A stretch of DNA of 64,000 bases from a virus (taxonomy: Duplodnaviria; Caudoviricetes). The notes below the pieces were generated by a model. That model was not told the origin of the DNA and ran no database searches. It saw only the letters and a program-made list of their open reading frames with translations. The translations under genes were made by a program, and so were the position numbers. This document shows, piece after piece, positions 1 to 9,817 of the stretch (positions are counted from its first letter, which is position 1; every line of letters begins with the position of its first letter). The DNA lies in the IMG/VR virus record IMGVR_UViG_3300006467_000454, positions 1 to 64,000 of that record, one strand, 5' to 3'.

Positions 1-106
1 CGTGAAGAAATTGAAAAAGGGCTTCAAGAATTAAAGCAAAAGGGCTTTGGGGATATCCCAAGGAAATTTAGGGTTGAAAGAGAATAGCATAGTGTTTGTT
101 CAACGG

Positions 107-145
107 GAAAGGGGATTCGGCTTAGAAGCAGCCACCCCTTTCTTT
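107..145 (+). terminator. GC-rich hairpin/terminator whose loop matches 23S rRNA helix 43
   Basis: GAAAGGGG (107-114) pairs with CCCCTTTC (135-142), followed by TTT. It lies after a partial ORF ending at TAG 87. Confidence 0.55.
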
Positions 146-165
146 ATCTAAAACAATTTTAAATA
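145..165. promoter_or_regulatory. 8-5-8 palindromic operator-like site
   Basis: TATCTAAA-acaat-TTTAAATA. The motif recurs at 783, 4332, 8261, 9015, 48956 and 60865. Confidence 0.65.
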
Positions 166-176
166 AGTGATAAAAC

Positions 177-207
177 TTTGTAGATTAATTTATCTACATT
201 ATATTTG
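177..207 (+). promoter_or_regulatory. Bacteroidota sigmaA-type promoter
   Basis: TTTG-N19-TATATTTG matches the -33/-7 consensus TTTG...TAnnTTTG. Confidence 0.8.
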
Positions 208-229
208 AATCAAAATAAATCGTAAAGAA

Positions 230-778
230 ATGAAAAGGATAATCGGAGTGGACTATCTACATGAACTTAAATTAGTCCAAGAAGCACATGAAATCCCAGA
301 GGATTACGTCGTTGTAGACCGTAAGGATTGGGAAGAAGTAGTTCAAAGAATCAAGGACGAAGAAGAATTGGAAGCCAAAATTAAAATGGCAGAAGAGTTT
401 TTCAATGATTGTATTACTGATGGCAACGTGGATATGGATAAAGTCAAGGACTTTACCCCTTCAGATGAGAAGATGAAATCTCTTTTTGAAGAATTCTTAG
501 GGGTTGGTAGATCAGTAGATGAGGCAATCAAAACCTCCATCCCACCTAATCCGGATAAAAACGTTCCGGAAAATCCAGAAGTTACAAAATCAAAGGCTTT
601 AGGGTTGATGAGACAAGGAATTAAGATGACTCACCACCTTTTTACCCCTGAAGAGTGGATTACTATTGAAGGTGACAAAATAAAGACTGAGGAAGGATAT
701 TTGATGCCTCAGCGTGAATTTTGGGGTTATCGTAAGGAAGGTGTCTGGGATACAGGTTGGAAAGTCTGGATAGAATAA
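230..778 (+). CDS. hypothetical phage protein; C-terminus loosely DUF2829/Tad2-like
   Basis: 182-aa ORF directly after a promoter. C-terminus is TKSKALGLMRQGIKMTH...W...GW. Confidence 0.6.
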   Translation: MKRIIGVDYLHELKLVQEAHEIPEDYVVVDRKDWEEVVQRIKDEEELEAKIKMAEEFFNDCITDGNVDMDKVKDFTPSDEKMKSLFEEFLGVGRSVDEAIKTSIPPNPDKNVPENPEVTKSKALGLMRQGIKMTHHLFTPEEWITIEGDKIKTEEGYLMPQREFWGYRKEGVWDTGWKVWIE

Positions 779-814
779 GGGTTATTTAAACCCATTTTAA
801 ATAGGCTAAAAAGT

Positions 815-845
815 TTTGCTGGTAAGCAAATCGGCATTACTTTTG
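815..845 (+). promoter_or_regulatory. Bacteroidota sigmaA-type promoter preceded by palindrome 783-803
   Basis: TTTG-N19-TACTTTTG. Confidence 0.8.
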
Positions 846-902
846 AATCGGAATAAATTCGTGTTAAATAAATCAATTTTTAAAAATTAAAATTAGAAAA
901 TC

Positions 903-2264
903 ATGATTGGATTAGGAATCTTGTTTTTGCTAGTAGCACTAGCACTAGTCGTAATGAAAATGTTTGTTCGAAAAGAAGATGAAACCGTTGGTGACGGGTA
1001 TCATGCAAGAACATTGAAAAAATCTCCGGAATGGATGATTAATTGGAAAAGTAAGGCAACATCTGCTATCGCTATTATTGGTGTGTTATTAATTATTGCA
1101 CCGTTTGCATTCTTTTGGGCAGAGCCAGGATATCAATATTTCTTAGTGTACCCTAATGGTAAGAAAGACGCTGTTATGACGGAAGGGATTAAATGGCGTG
1201 GATTCGCTAAGATTACTCCGTGGCAAAAGTATATTGATGTAAAGGTAGTTGCAAAAGGTGAAGATACTAAAGATGTTGAAGGTGTTATGGCGCCAATTCC
1301 AATTCGCTTTATTGATCAGGTAACCGCATCCGGAAAATTATCAACTCGTTTCCAGTTGCCTACTGTTAAAGAATCGTTTATAGAAATGGCGATTGAATTT
1401 AGATCATTGCAAAATCTTACTCAGAATACATTAATACCAACGGTCCGAGAGGTTGTATCAAATACAGGTTATATGTTTGCCGCTCAGGATTATATTTCAG
1501 GTTCCGCATCAGATTTCCGTGTAGCTATTGAAGATCAGTTAAAAGATGGTGCGTATAGCGTGGAGAAAAAAGAATATCGTGATACTATTGTAACAGCTAT
1601 TGAAGAAAAAACCAAACGCCAAATAAAAGAGATTAAGACTCGATACGAGGTTATAAAGCGTAAGGATAAAAATGGCAAGTTTATACGTATTCCACATGAT
1701 ATTAATGAAAATAATATTTTGGTATCTCAGGTGATTGTAGATGATGTTCAACTGGAGGAAGTGTTTAAGAAACGATTGGAAGCTCAACGAGATGAATCTG
1801 CCAAGCGTCAGTTAGAACAGCAAAAAATCAAGACAGCGAAAGATGCCCAAGCCCGTATTATAGCAGAGGGGGAACGTGATAAGGCTGCCGAGCGTGTTGC
1901 TCAGGAAAAAGAACAAGTAAAAGCCTTGATTTCTATTGAAACTAAATTAAAGCAAGAAAATACCAATAAAGATTTAGCAAAGATTGCCTTAGAAACGGAG
2001 AAGCTTAAAGCTCAGGCGAAGAAAGTAGCAGCGGATGCGGAATCATATCAGAATGCTAAGTTAGTTTCTGCTGGTTTGACTCCTCAGGAACGAGCTCAAA
2101 TCGAAAAGGAGATTGCAATTGGTGTTGCTAAGGAGATTGCCAAGATTAAATTCCCAGATGTGATGATTACAGGCGCAAGCGGTAAAAATGGAGGAATGCC
2201 TTTAGAATCTTTGATTGGTGCAGCAATGTCCAAACAATTAATGGATACCAAGCTTAAAAAATAA
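903..2264 (+). CDS. SPFH/Band 7 (prohibitin/flotillin-like) membrane protein
   Basis: Two N-terminal TM segments, a Band7-like core (EPGY...GIKW..F; DQLKDG; VSQVIVDDV) and a C-terminal coiled coil. Confidence 0.8.
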   Translation: MIGLGILFLLVALALVVMKMFVRKEDETVGDGYHARTLKKSPEWMINWKSKATSAIAIIGVLLIIAPFAFFWAEPGYQYFLVYPNGKKDAVMTEGIKWRGFAKITPWQKYIDVKVVAKGEDTKDVEGVMAPIPIRFIDQVTASGKLSTRFQLPTVKESFIEMAIEFRSLQNLTQNTLIPTVREVVSNTGYMFAAQDYISGSASDFRVAIEDQLKDGAYSVEKKEYRDTIVTAIEEKTKRQIKEIKTRYEVIKRKDKNGKFIRIPHDINENNILVSQVIVDDVQLEEVFKKRLEAQRDESAKRQLEQQKIKTAKDAQARIIAEGERDKAAERVAQEKEQVKALISIETKLKQENTNKDLAKIALETEKLKAQAKKVAADAESYQNAKLVSAGLTPQERAQIEKEIAIGVAKEIAKIKFPDVMITGASGKNGGMPLESLIGAAMSKQLMDTKLKK

Positions 2265-2274
2265 TAAGGATATA

Positions 2275-2299
2275 AAAGGGGGTGTTTCCCCCTTTTTTT
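2275..2299 (+). terminator. rho-independent terminator
   Basis: AAAAGGGGG-tgttt-CCCCCTTTTTTT. Confidence 0.8.
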
Positions 2300-2350
2300 A
2301 TAACTTTATATTCCTTTTTAAAATAGATTAATAAATAAAAAGATTGTAAA

Positions 2351-2629
2351 ATGGAAGAATTGAAAGGCAAAATTCTTGCTGGAAAGGTATTATTAGAACC
2401 TTTTAAAGCAGAAGAAAAAACTGAAAGAGGAATTATCATTCCGGAATCTGCAAAGACTAACCCATTTAAAGGGAAAGTTGTTTTAACTGGAGTTGCCAAA
2501 GGTGACACTGTTATGGAAGTGAAAGCTGGTGACGTTGTTCGTTACAGTGATTATGCTGGAACTGAAATTACGATTAATGAGAAGACTTATCTTCTTATGG
2601 ATCAGGAATCAATTTTGTATATCTACTAA
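2351..2629 (+). CDS. groES: co-chaperonin GroES
   Basis: EEKTERGIIIPESAK mobile loop; VKAGDVV.YS.YAGTEI. Confidence 0.95.
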   Translation: MEELKGKILAGKVLLEPFKAEEKTERGIIIPESAKTNPFKGKVVLTGVAKGDTVMEVKAGDVVRYSDYAGTEITINEKTYLLMDQESILYIY

Positions 2630-2640
2630 TTAAAAAATAG

Positions 2641-4278
<1,638 letters not shown>

Positions 4279-4300
4279 AAATAAGATAAGATAAATATTG

Positions 4301-4332
4301 AAAGGTTGTTGTGAAATATCAACAGCCTTTTT
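4301..4332 (+). terminator. rho-independent terminator
   Basis: AAAGGTTGTTG...CAACAGCCTTTTT after groEL. Confidence 0.75.
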
Positions 4333-4456
4333 ATTTATAATGATTTTAAATAGTGACATTTTATCTGCTTTTACTTTGTAGATCATAAAAATTAGATTAG
4401 TTTTAAAACTCAATTAGTAAAAACAATTTTTGTTGAACAATTTAAATCGGAAAACG

Positions 4457-4807
4457 ATGGAAAAAAATGAAAACTTAGAATTGAACGGTGCATTTGCAAG
4501 TTCATTGAAGAGGAACAACAAGCAGATCAGAGATGACCGTGCTACAAGTATCGTTGAGGATACTCAGCTTGTTTACAAACGCCAAATTGAGGATCTTGAA
4601 ATGAAGATCAAGAAGATGAAGCGTGAGCAAGAAGGTATGCTTGATCTTTCACCTTCAAATGCTCAATCTTTAGTATTGGCAAGTGATTTTGATTCGCAAA
4701 AATATGCGGATAAAGATCTTGATCTTGGTGTGAAAATCCATAACACTGAAAAGAAATTGGAGATTGCCAAAGAGCGTTATAAGTACTTATTCGGGGAGGA
4801 ACTGTAA
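4457..4807 (+). CDS. hypothetical coiled-coil protein, coupled to the vWA gene
   Basis: ATG 4457; TAATG overlap with the next gene. Confidence 0.7.
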   Translation: MEKNENLELNGAFASSLKRNNKQIRDDRATSIVEDTQLVYKRQIEDLEMKIKKMKREQEGMLDLSPSNAQSLVLASDFDSQKYADKDLDLGVKIHNTEKKLEIAKERYKYLFGEEL

Positions 4808-5703
4808 TGGGTGGAGGAAGTTATTCATTCGAAGATCGTAAAGTACGATCAAAGGCTATGGGGTATGATACCAAATCAACCCATGAGATTTTCCAGCAGA
4901 GATCTATTAATAATGCAATGGATCCTCACGGAGTAACCGTTAGAGAATCACGTGATTCTCAAGAACATCCAAATTCGGTGCCAATTATTATTGCGTTGGA
5001 CGTAACTGGATCAATGGGTAGTATCCCCCATTTCTTAGTGAAAGAAGGGCTCCCAAATATTATGCAGGATATTATCTCCGCAGGTATTGCTGATCCACAA
5101 TTATTGTTCCTTGCCGTTGGTGATCATGTTTATGATTCGGCTCCACTTCAAGTTGGGCAATTCGAATCAAGTGATGAATTACTTGATAAATGGTTAACGG
5201 ATGTTTATCTAGAAAGCGGTGGTGGTGCAAATGAAGGTGAAAGTTATCATTTAGCTTGGTATTTTGCTGGATTCCATACTTCAATTGATTCTCTTGAAAA
5301 AAGAGGGCAAAAGGGTATTCTATTCACCATAGGTGATGAGCCTACTCTTGCGGGTATCCGTAACAGTGAATTGAAGAAAATTATGGGTGAAGGGCAATAT
5401 GCTGATTTATCCGCTTCAGATTTACTTGAAAAGGCAAGTGAAAAATATCATTGTTTCCATTTACATATTAAACAGACTCGTGCTGGGAGTATGCAATCAA
5501 CAATGAATGGTTGGAAGCAATTAATGGGCGAAGGCTTAATAATTGTTGATAACAAAAATGACGTTTCCAGAATTATTTCTGAAAAGGTTGTTGAAGTTCA
5601 AAAACAGTATCAGGGGGTGACATCTTCACCATCTACTCCTGAGGCTAAAATCGAAAAAGGTGAAGAAGATAATCAAAGTAATAACGAAGAAGAAATTTTG
5701 TAA
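4807..5703 (+). CDS. von Willebrand factor A domain protein
   Basis: MIDAS motif IIIALDVTGSM; GGGANEGESY; FTIGDE. Confidence 0.85.
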   Translation: MGGGSYSFEDRKVRSKAMGYDTKSTHEIFQQRSINNAMDPHGVTVRESRDSQEHPNSVPIIIALDVTGSMGSIPHFLVKEGLPNIMQDIISAGIADPQLLFLAVGDHVYDSAPLQVGQFESSDELLDKWLTDVYLESGGGANEGESYHLAWYFAGFHTSIDSLEKRGQKGILFTIGDEPTLAGIRNSELKKIMGEGQYADLSASDLLEKASEKYHCFHLHIKQTRAGSMQSTMNGWKQLMGEGLIIVDNKNDVSRIISEKVVEVQKQYQGVTSSPSTPEAKIEKGEEDNQSNNEEEIL

Positions 5704-5705
5704 TC

Positions 5706-5852
5706 ATGGGATTAATTAATGAGAATTACTCGGAGAAGGTATCTTTAGAAGAAACCGCTCAAAACGAAGAAAACGTAGCAAAAGAAGGTGGATCAACTGA
5801 AGGTTGTGAATGCCAGGATTGTGATTGTAAAGAAGAAAAGTCTGAAGAATAG
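5706..5852 (+). CDS. small acidic Cys-rich protein
   Basis: 48-aa ORF fills the gap between vWA and the PurA-like gene and contains CECQDCDC. Confidence 0.5.
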   Translation: MGLINENYSEKVSLEETAQNEENVAKEGGSTEGCECQDCDCKEEKSEE

Positions 5853-5857
5853 CCACT

Positions 5858-6976
5858 ATGTATAGTGCTGTTATCGGCTTAGGTTTTGGAGACGAGGGGA
5901 AAGGTCTTACGACTGATTACCTTTGCTCCAAAGCTAAAAATCCACTTGTTGTAAGATTCTCAGGTGGACAGCAAGCAGGGCATACGGTTCATCTAGATGG
6001 TGTCCGTCATGTGTTTTCAAATTTTGGTTCCGGAACAATGCGAGGAATTCCTACTTATTGGTCAGAATTTTGCATTGTTGACCCTATTGGTATCGTAAAT
6101 GAATTACAAATTTTGGAAGAGAAAGGGTTCAGCCCCGTATTATTAATTGATTCCAAGTGTCCAGTGACAACTCCTTATGATGCGTATAAGAATCAAAAAG
6201 AGGAAGAAGTTAATCAACACGGAAGTTGTGGGGTTGGGATAGGTACTACTATGGCTCGTGAAGAAGCCTTCTATTCGTTAACCGCTTTAGATTTAATGTT
6301 CCCTTATATCTTAAAAATAAAATTGGAGAATATCCGTAAATTTTATAATTTTAAGGAGAATGTTAAATTAGATAGGTTCTTTGAATGTGTTGGGATAATC
6401 CATAAGAAATTCAATATCAAGATTGAAAACGAATTCCCAAGCCATAGGGGATTTAGTGATTTTATTTTTGAAGGTTCTCAGGGATTATTGTTAGATCAGC
6501 ATAACGGGTTCTTCCCTAATGTTACAAGGGCTAATATTGGGAGCAAGAATTTGCTTAAATTAGACTCTGGGAGGGTAAACTATCCAGAATTATATTTGAT
6601 CACGAGAGCTTACCAAACTCGTCATGGCAACGGGGCTATGACTAACGAAAACATTGGGCATAATATTCGTGAAAATGAAAATGAAACGAATGTAACAAAT
6701 AAGTACCAAGGGGAATTTCGTAGAACTCTATTAGATGTAGATTTGCTTGCTTATGCGATATTACGAGATGATTTCATCCGTGATAGCCAAAGTAAAAATT
6801 TAGTGATAACTTGCCTTGATCATATTGTTGATGAATGGAGGTTCACTTATAACGGGCAAATTATAACTGCTTTGAATGAAAATGATTTCATTGAAAGGAT
6901 CTCTACAATACTTTGCATTGATAGTGTTTATATAAGTAGGGGGGATTCGGCTAAAGATATCGTAAAATGGAAGTGA
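5858..6976 (+). CDS. purA: divergent adenylosuccinate synthetase-like protein
   Basis: GLGFGDEGKG, RFSGGQQAGHT, HGSCGVGIG, FEGSQGLLLD..GFFP.VT, RAYQTRHGNG. Confidence 0.8.
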   Translation: MYSAVIGLGFGDEGKGLTTDYLCSKAKNPLVVRFSGGQQAGHTVHLDGVRHVFSNFGSGTMRGIPTYWSEFCIVDPIGIVNELQILEEKGFSPVLLIDSKCPVTTPYDAYKNQKEEEVNQHGSCGVGIGTTMAREEAFYSLTALDLMFPYILKIKLENIRKFYNFKENVKLDRFFECVGIIHKKFNIKIENEFPSHRGFSDFIFEGSQGLLLDQHNGFFPNVTRANIGSKNLLKLDSGRVNYPELYLITRAYQTRHGNGAMTNENIGHNIRENENETNVTNKYQGEFRRTLLDVDLLAYAILRDDFIRDSQSKNLVITCLDHIVDEWRFTYNGQIITALNENDFIERISTILCIDSVYISRGDSAKDIVKWK

Positions 6977-7194
6977 CCAAAGCCTTAATGATATTTGGGA
7001 TATTCATTATCGGATTCGTAGTTAATGAAGTGGTGAATATTAAAAAGAGATTCCGGAGGGATGCCAAAGGAATGTTAGTACGTTATAAAGGTAAAAGGTA
7101 CATGTGCCTGTATGATAAAGGTCATGTAATTTCCTTATCCGATGGTCTCGGATTCGTGAATAAGAAAAAATGTAAGCCAGTAATCCTATTTTAA
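6967..7194 (+). CDS. hypothetical membrane protein
   Basis: N-terminal TM segment; overlaps the end of the PurA-like gene. Confidence 0.55.
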   Translation: MEVTKALMIFGIFIIGFVVNEVVNIKKRFRRDAKGMLVRYKGKRYMCLYDKGHVISLSDGLGFVNKKKCKPVILF

Positions 7195-7211
7195 TCGTAA
7201 ACCAAAATAAA

Positions 7212-7364
7212 ATGGAAAAGCAAATTAAAGAAATAAAGGCAGATTTGGTTTTAGAGGATATTGCACATTTAGATTTTATCCGTGAAGCCAATAGCCACCC
7301 AAATGTGGTGTATAGCTATAATACAAAAGAAAGAAAAGGAATTATTAAAATTTTAAAATCGTAA
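7212..7364 (+). CDS. hypothetical protein
   Basis: 50-aa ORF with an A-rich leader, filling the operon gap. Confidence 0.5.
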   Translation: MEKQIKEIKADLVLEDIAHLDFIREANSHPNVVYSYNTKERKGIIKILKS

Positions 7365-7368
7365 CAAA

Positions 7369-7632
7369 ATGGAAAATATTTATTTAAACCATTCGAAATT
7401 TGACCAAAAGGGTCGCAGAGTAACTATCGCAGTTCAGGTAAAAGCTGATGAACTTAGGTTCGGGTTGAGTACTTGTTCCACCAAGGATCAATTCTCAAAG
7501 AAAAAAGGTAGGCAAATTGCTATTGGGAGAGCCCAAAAGAAACCTGATTACATTTATAAAACTGCGGAACCAATGAAAGCCCTAAAATCGGAGTATCATT
7601 CGTTAATTAAACAGTTTTATGGAATTGAGTAA
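7369..7632 (+). CDS. small phage protein, Phage_gp49_66-like motif
   Basis: VTIAV...GLSTCSTKDQFSKKKGRQIAIGRA. Confidence 0.55.
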   Translation: MENIYLNHSKFDQKGRRVTIAVQVKADELRFGLSTCSTKDQFSKKKGRQIAIGRAQKKPDYIYKTAEPMKALKSEYHSLIKQFYGIE

Positions 7633-8257
7633 AATCATACAACATCCGTTTCCGGATCATCAGTATTACCGTGAGGCGACTGATAAGAATCAAATCACCA
7701 TCCACCATACAGTGAGCAATCCAAAATGGGTAGATGGTGATATCACTACTTGGGTTGGCACCGCAGCTAGGGTTGCAACTCATGTGATAATTGATTTTTA
7801 TGGGAATATCCATCAATTATTTTCAAGTGAATTCTGGGCACACCATTTGGGTACTCATGAAAAAAATAATACGGCTTTAAATAAGGCTGCATTATCTATT
7901 GAATTAGATTGTTGGGGACCTTTAACAGCAACAGAGGAGAAAGGTATCTTTAAAACGGTATATAATACCAAATTTAAAAGTGATAACGATACAATCCTTT
8001 ATTTGGACAAGTATAGGGGCTATCATTATTACCAGAGGTATTCCCAAGCTCAGATTGAAGCCCTTAAAGGGTTATTAATCTATTGGGGGGAGAGGCATAA
8101 TATTGATTTATCTTACAATGAAGATATGTGGGATGTTTCCCCAAGAGCTTTAGCTGGGGAAAACGGGATTTGGAGCCATAGTTCTTACCGTAAGGATAAA
8201 TCTGATTGCCATCCACAACCCGAATTAATTGAAATGTTGAAAGGTTTGACAACCTAA
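7619..8257 (+). CDS. N-acetylmuramoyl-L-alanine amidase (Amidase_2), probable endolysin
   Basis: ITIHHT, ATHVIID..G.I.QL, WAHH, SIEL, HS.Y..DKSDC (His/His/Cys zinc ligands). Confidence 0.85.
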   Translation: MELSKIIQHPFPDHQYYREATDKNQITIHHTVSNPKWVDGDITTWVGTAARVATHVIIDFYGNIHQLFSSEFWAHHLGTHEKNNTALNKAALSIELDCWGPLTATEEKGIFKTVYNTKFKSDNDTILYLDKYRGYHYYQRYSQAQIEALKGLLIYWGERHNIDLSYNEDMWDVSPRALAGENGIWSHSSYRKDKSDCHPQPELIEMLKGLTT

Positions 8258-8280
8258 TATTATCTAAACCAATTATAAAT

Positions 8281-8344
8281 AAGGAGATTTATCAAAAATA
8301 AATCTCCTTTTATTTTGCTAATAATTTTTTCCACATTACCTTTG
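8281..8344 (+). promoter_or_regulatory. terminator hairpin followed by a sigmaA-type promoter
   Basis: AAGGAGATTT/AAATCTCCTT hairpin at 8281-8310, then TTTG(8314)-N19-TACCTTTG(8337). The palindrome at 8261-8281 lies upstream. Confidence 0.75.
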
Positions 8345-8369
8345 TAAAGCAAAATAAAATTATATAGTC

Positions 8370-8546
8370 ATGGAAGAATTCTTAATAGGTGAACAAGTTC
8401 AATGGAAAGTTGGAAACATGGAATGTAAGGGTATTGTGTACGAAGATACTGGGGAAGATGAACTGGAAGTTATGTGTAGGGAGGTAAACTTCAAACCTGC
8501 CAAAACTAAAATAAAAGTGAAAAGGAACCTTTTGTCTAAAATATAA
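8370..8546 (+). CDS. hypothetical protein
   Basis: 58-aa ORF MEEFLIGEQVQWK..., directly after the promoter. Confidence 0.55.
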   Translation: MEEFLIGEQVQWKVGNMECKGIVYEDTGEDELEVMCREVNFKPAKTKIKVKRNLLSKI

Positions 8547-8556
8547 AATCCAAACT

Positions 8557-8901
8557 ATGTGCACAATCATCAAAGGAAAAGAGAAAGTTGCTGAAATTAG
8601 GGCTGCTGGAAAAGTTTGTGGATACCCTAAATGCTGTATTGAAGAGTTTACTAGATTACTAGGTAGGGGGATTTATCCTGCTACATTAATGTTCAAAGAT
8701 GATTATTTTAAAGGCAACAACACGGGGTTTGTACCTTGTGCAAAATGCCGAGAAATGTTATCGGAGTTTAATCTTGATCTAGAAGACTTGATAACCAAAA
8801 GGAAAATAAAAGCTGAATTCCCTGCAACGGATAGGGAAGTTTTTGAATCCAAAGTATATAAAAAACGTTATAAGAAAGAAATGAAGAAATTAGGAGGATG
8901 A
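8557..8901 (+). CDS. hypothetical Cys-containing protein
   Basis: GYPKCCI..F and GFVPCAKC motifs. Confidence 0.6.
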   Translation: MCTIIKGKEKVAEIRAAGKVCGYPKCCIEEFTRLLGRGIYPATLMFKDDYFKGNNTGFVPCAKCREMLSEFNLDLEDLITKRKIKAEFPATDREVFESKVYKKRYKKEMKKLGG

Positions 8902-8905
8902 TAAA

Positions 8906-9049
8906 ATGAATGATTTAATTAGTCAAATAGTAGGTTGGTCAGTTGTAACAATTACAACTTCCATATTTTTAGTAGTAACCGCAATGGAGATTAAGGATGT
9001 GGTGAAAGGGTTGTTATCTAAAACTGTTTTAAATAACGAGAAAAAGTAA
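8906..9049 (+). CDS. small membrane protein
   Basis: 47-aa ORF with one hydrophobic segment. Confidence 0.4.
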   Translation: MNDLISQIVGWSVVTITTSIFLVVTAMEIKDVVKGLLSKTVLNNEKK

Positions 9050-9057
9050 CAAAAGTC

Positions 9058-9088
9058 TTTGTATAGAACAAAATTTGAGATACTTTTG
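9058..9088 (+). promoter_or_regulatory. sigmaA-type promoter of the RNA operon
   Basis: TTTG-N19-TACTTTTG, with the palindrome at 9015-9035 upstream. Confidence 0.8.
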
Positions 9089-9113
9089 ACGTGTCACTTT
9101 TAAGTAAGTGGGA

Positions 9114-9190
9114 TGGGGTATAGCTCAGTTGGGTAGAGCATTACATGCTGTTACATGTAAAGGTCAATGGTTCGATTCCATTTATCCCTA
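9114..9190 (+). tRNA. tRNA-Asn(GTT)-like RNA with enlarged anticodon arm
   Basis: Normal D arm (GCTC/GAGC) and T arm (AATGG-TTCGATT-CCATT). The anticodon arm TTACATG-CTGTTA-CATGTAA is 3 nt longer than canonical. Confidence 0.7.
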
Positions 9191-9191
9191 C

Positions 9192-9609
9192 GAAGTTCAT
9201 TGAAATTAATTGGAGACTATTTTGGACGAGGGTTCGATACCCTCCAGCTCCACAAACGAAAACGGATGGAAGTACAACTAAAGTTTTCGGGTGTACTATG
9301 ACATGTAATCGCTCAGCGTTGCAGGTATCAGGTTAGGCACTAAACTTATTAGTGGGGGAGGATTGATTAGTGATCGCCTCTCCTGCAAGCCAAATAGCCT
9401 AGTTTTGACCGTGGGTACTAGGAATTAAATATTAAAAACTGATGGTGACCCAGCGAGAGTGCTGGCTAGGGGTTGAATGGCTTTGACAGAATAGAATAGT
9501 AGGTTAATGGAGGCTTCAAAACCGCTTTAAACGGCAAAACAATTAAACTTTTCGATAACGAGCCTAAGATGGCTGCGTAATTGAACGTTCTCCCTGACGT
9601 AACAGGGAA
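9192..9609 (+). ncRNA. ssrA: circularly permuted (two-piece) tmRNA
   Basis: The acceptor piece (9192-9252, GGACGAGGGTTCGATACCCTCCAGCTCCA) precedes the coding piece (from 9469, GGGGTTGAATGGCTTTGACAG). G3-U70 pair is present. Tag frame 9533-9580 encodes GKTIKLFDNEPKMAA*. Confidence 0.9.
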
Positions 9610-9611
9610 TT

Positions 9612-9694
9612 GGAAGATTGGCAGAGTGGTTAATGCAGCGGTTTGCTAAATCGTGGTCAGAAATGATCCGGAGGTTCGATCCCTTCATCTTCCG
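9612..9694 (+). tRNA. tRNA-Ser(GCT)
   Basis: GGAAGAT/ATCTTCC acceptor, GCGGT-TTGCTAA-ATCGT anticodon arm, long variable arm. Confidence 0.92.
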
Positions 9695-9817
9695 CAACTT
9701 ATTTGATGTTTTGTTATTTAAGTTTTATTAGATGTTTGGGTTTTGCAAGGTGGGTACTTTGGGTGGTGCCCACCTTATCTATCAGCCCTTTATTTTTAAT
9801 AGTTAATCTTTAAAATT

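Noticed and set aside
5858-6976. PurZ / 2-aminoadenine (Z) genome
   Set aside because: The protein keeps the Asp in GDEGKG, where PurZ has Ser. No DatZ- or MazZ-like genes are adjacent.
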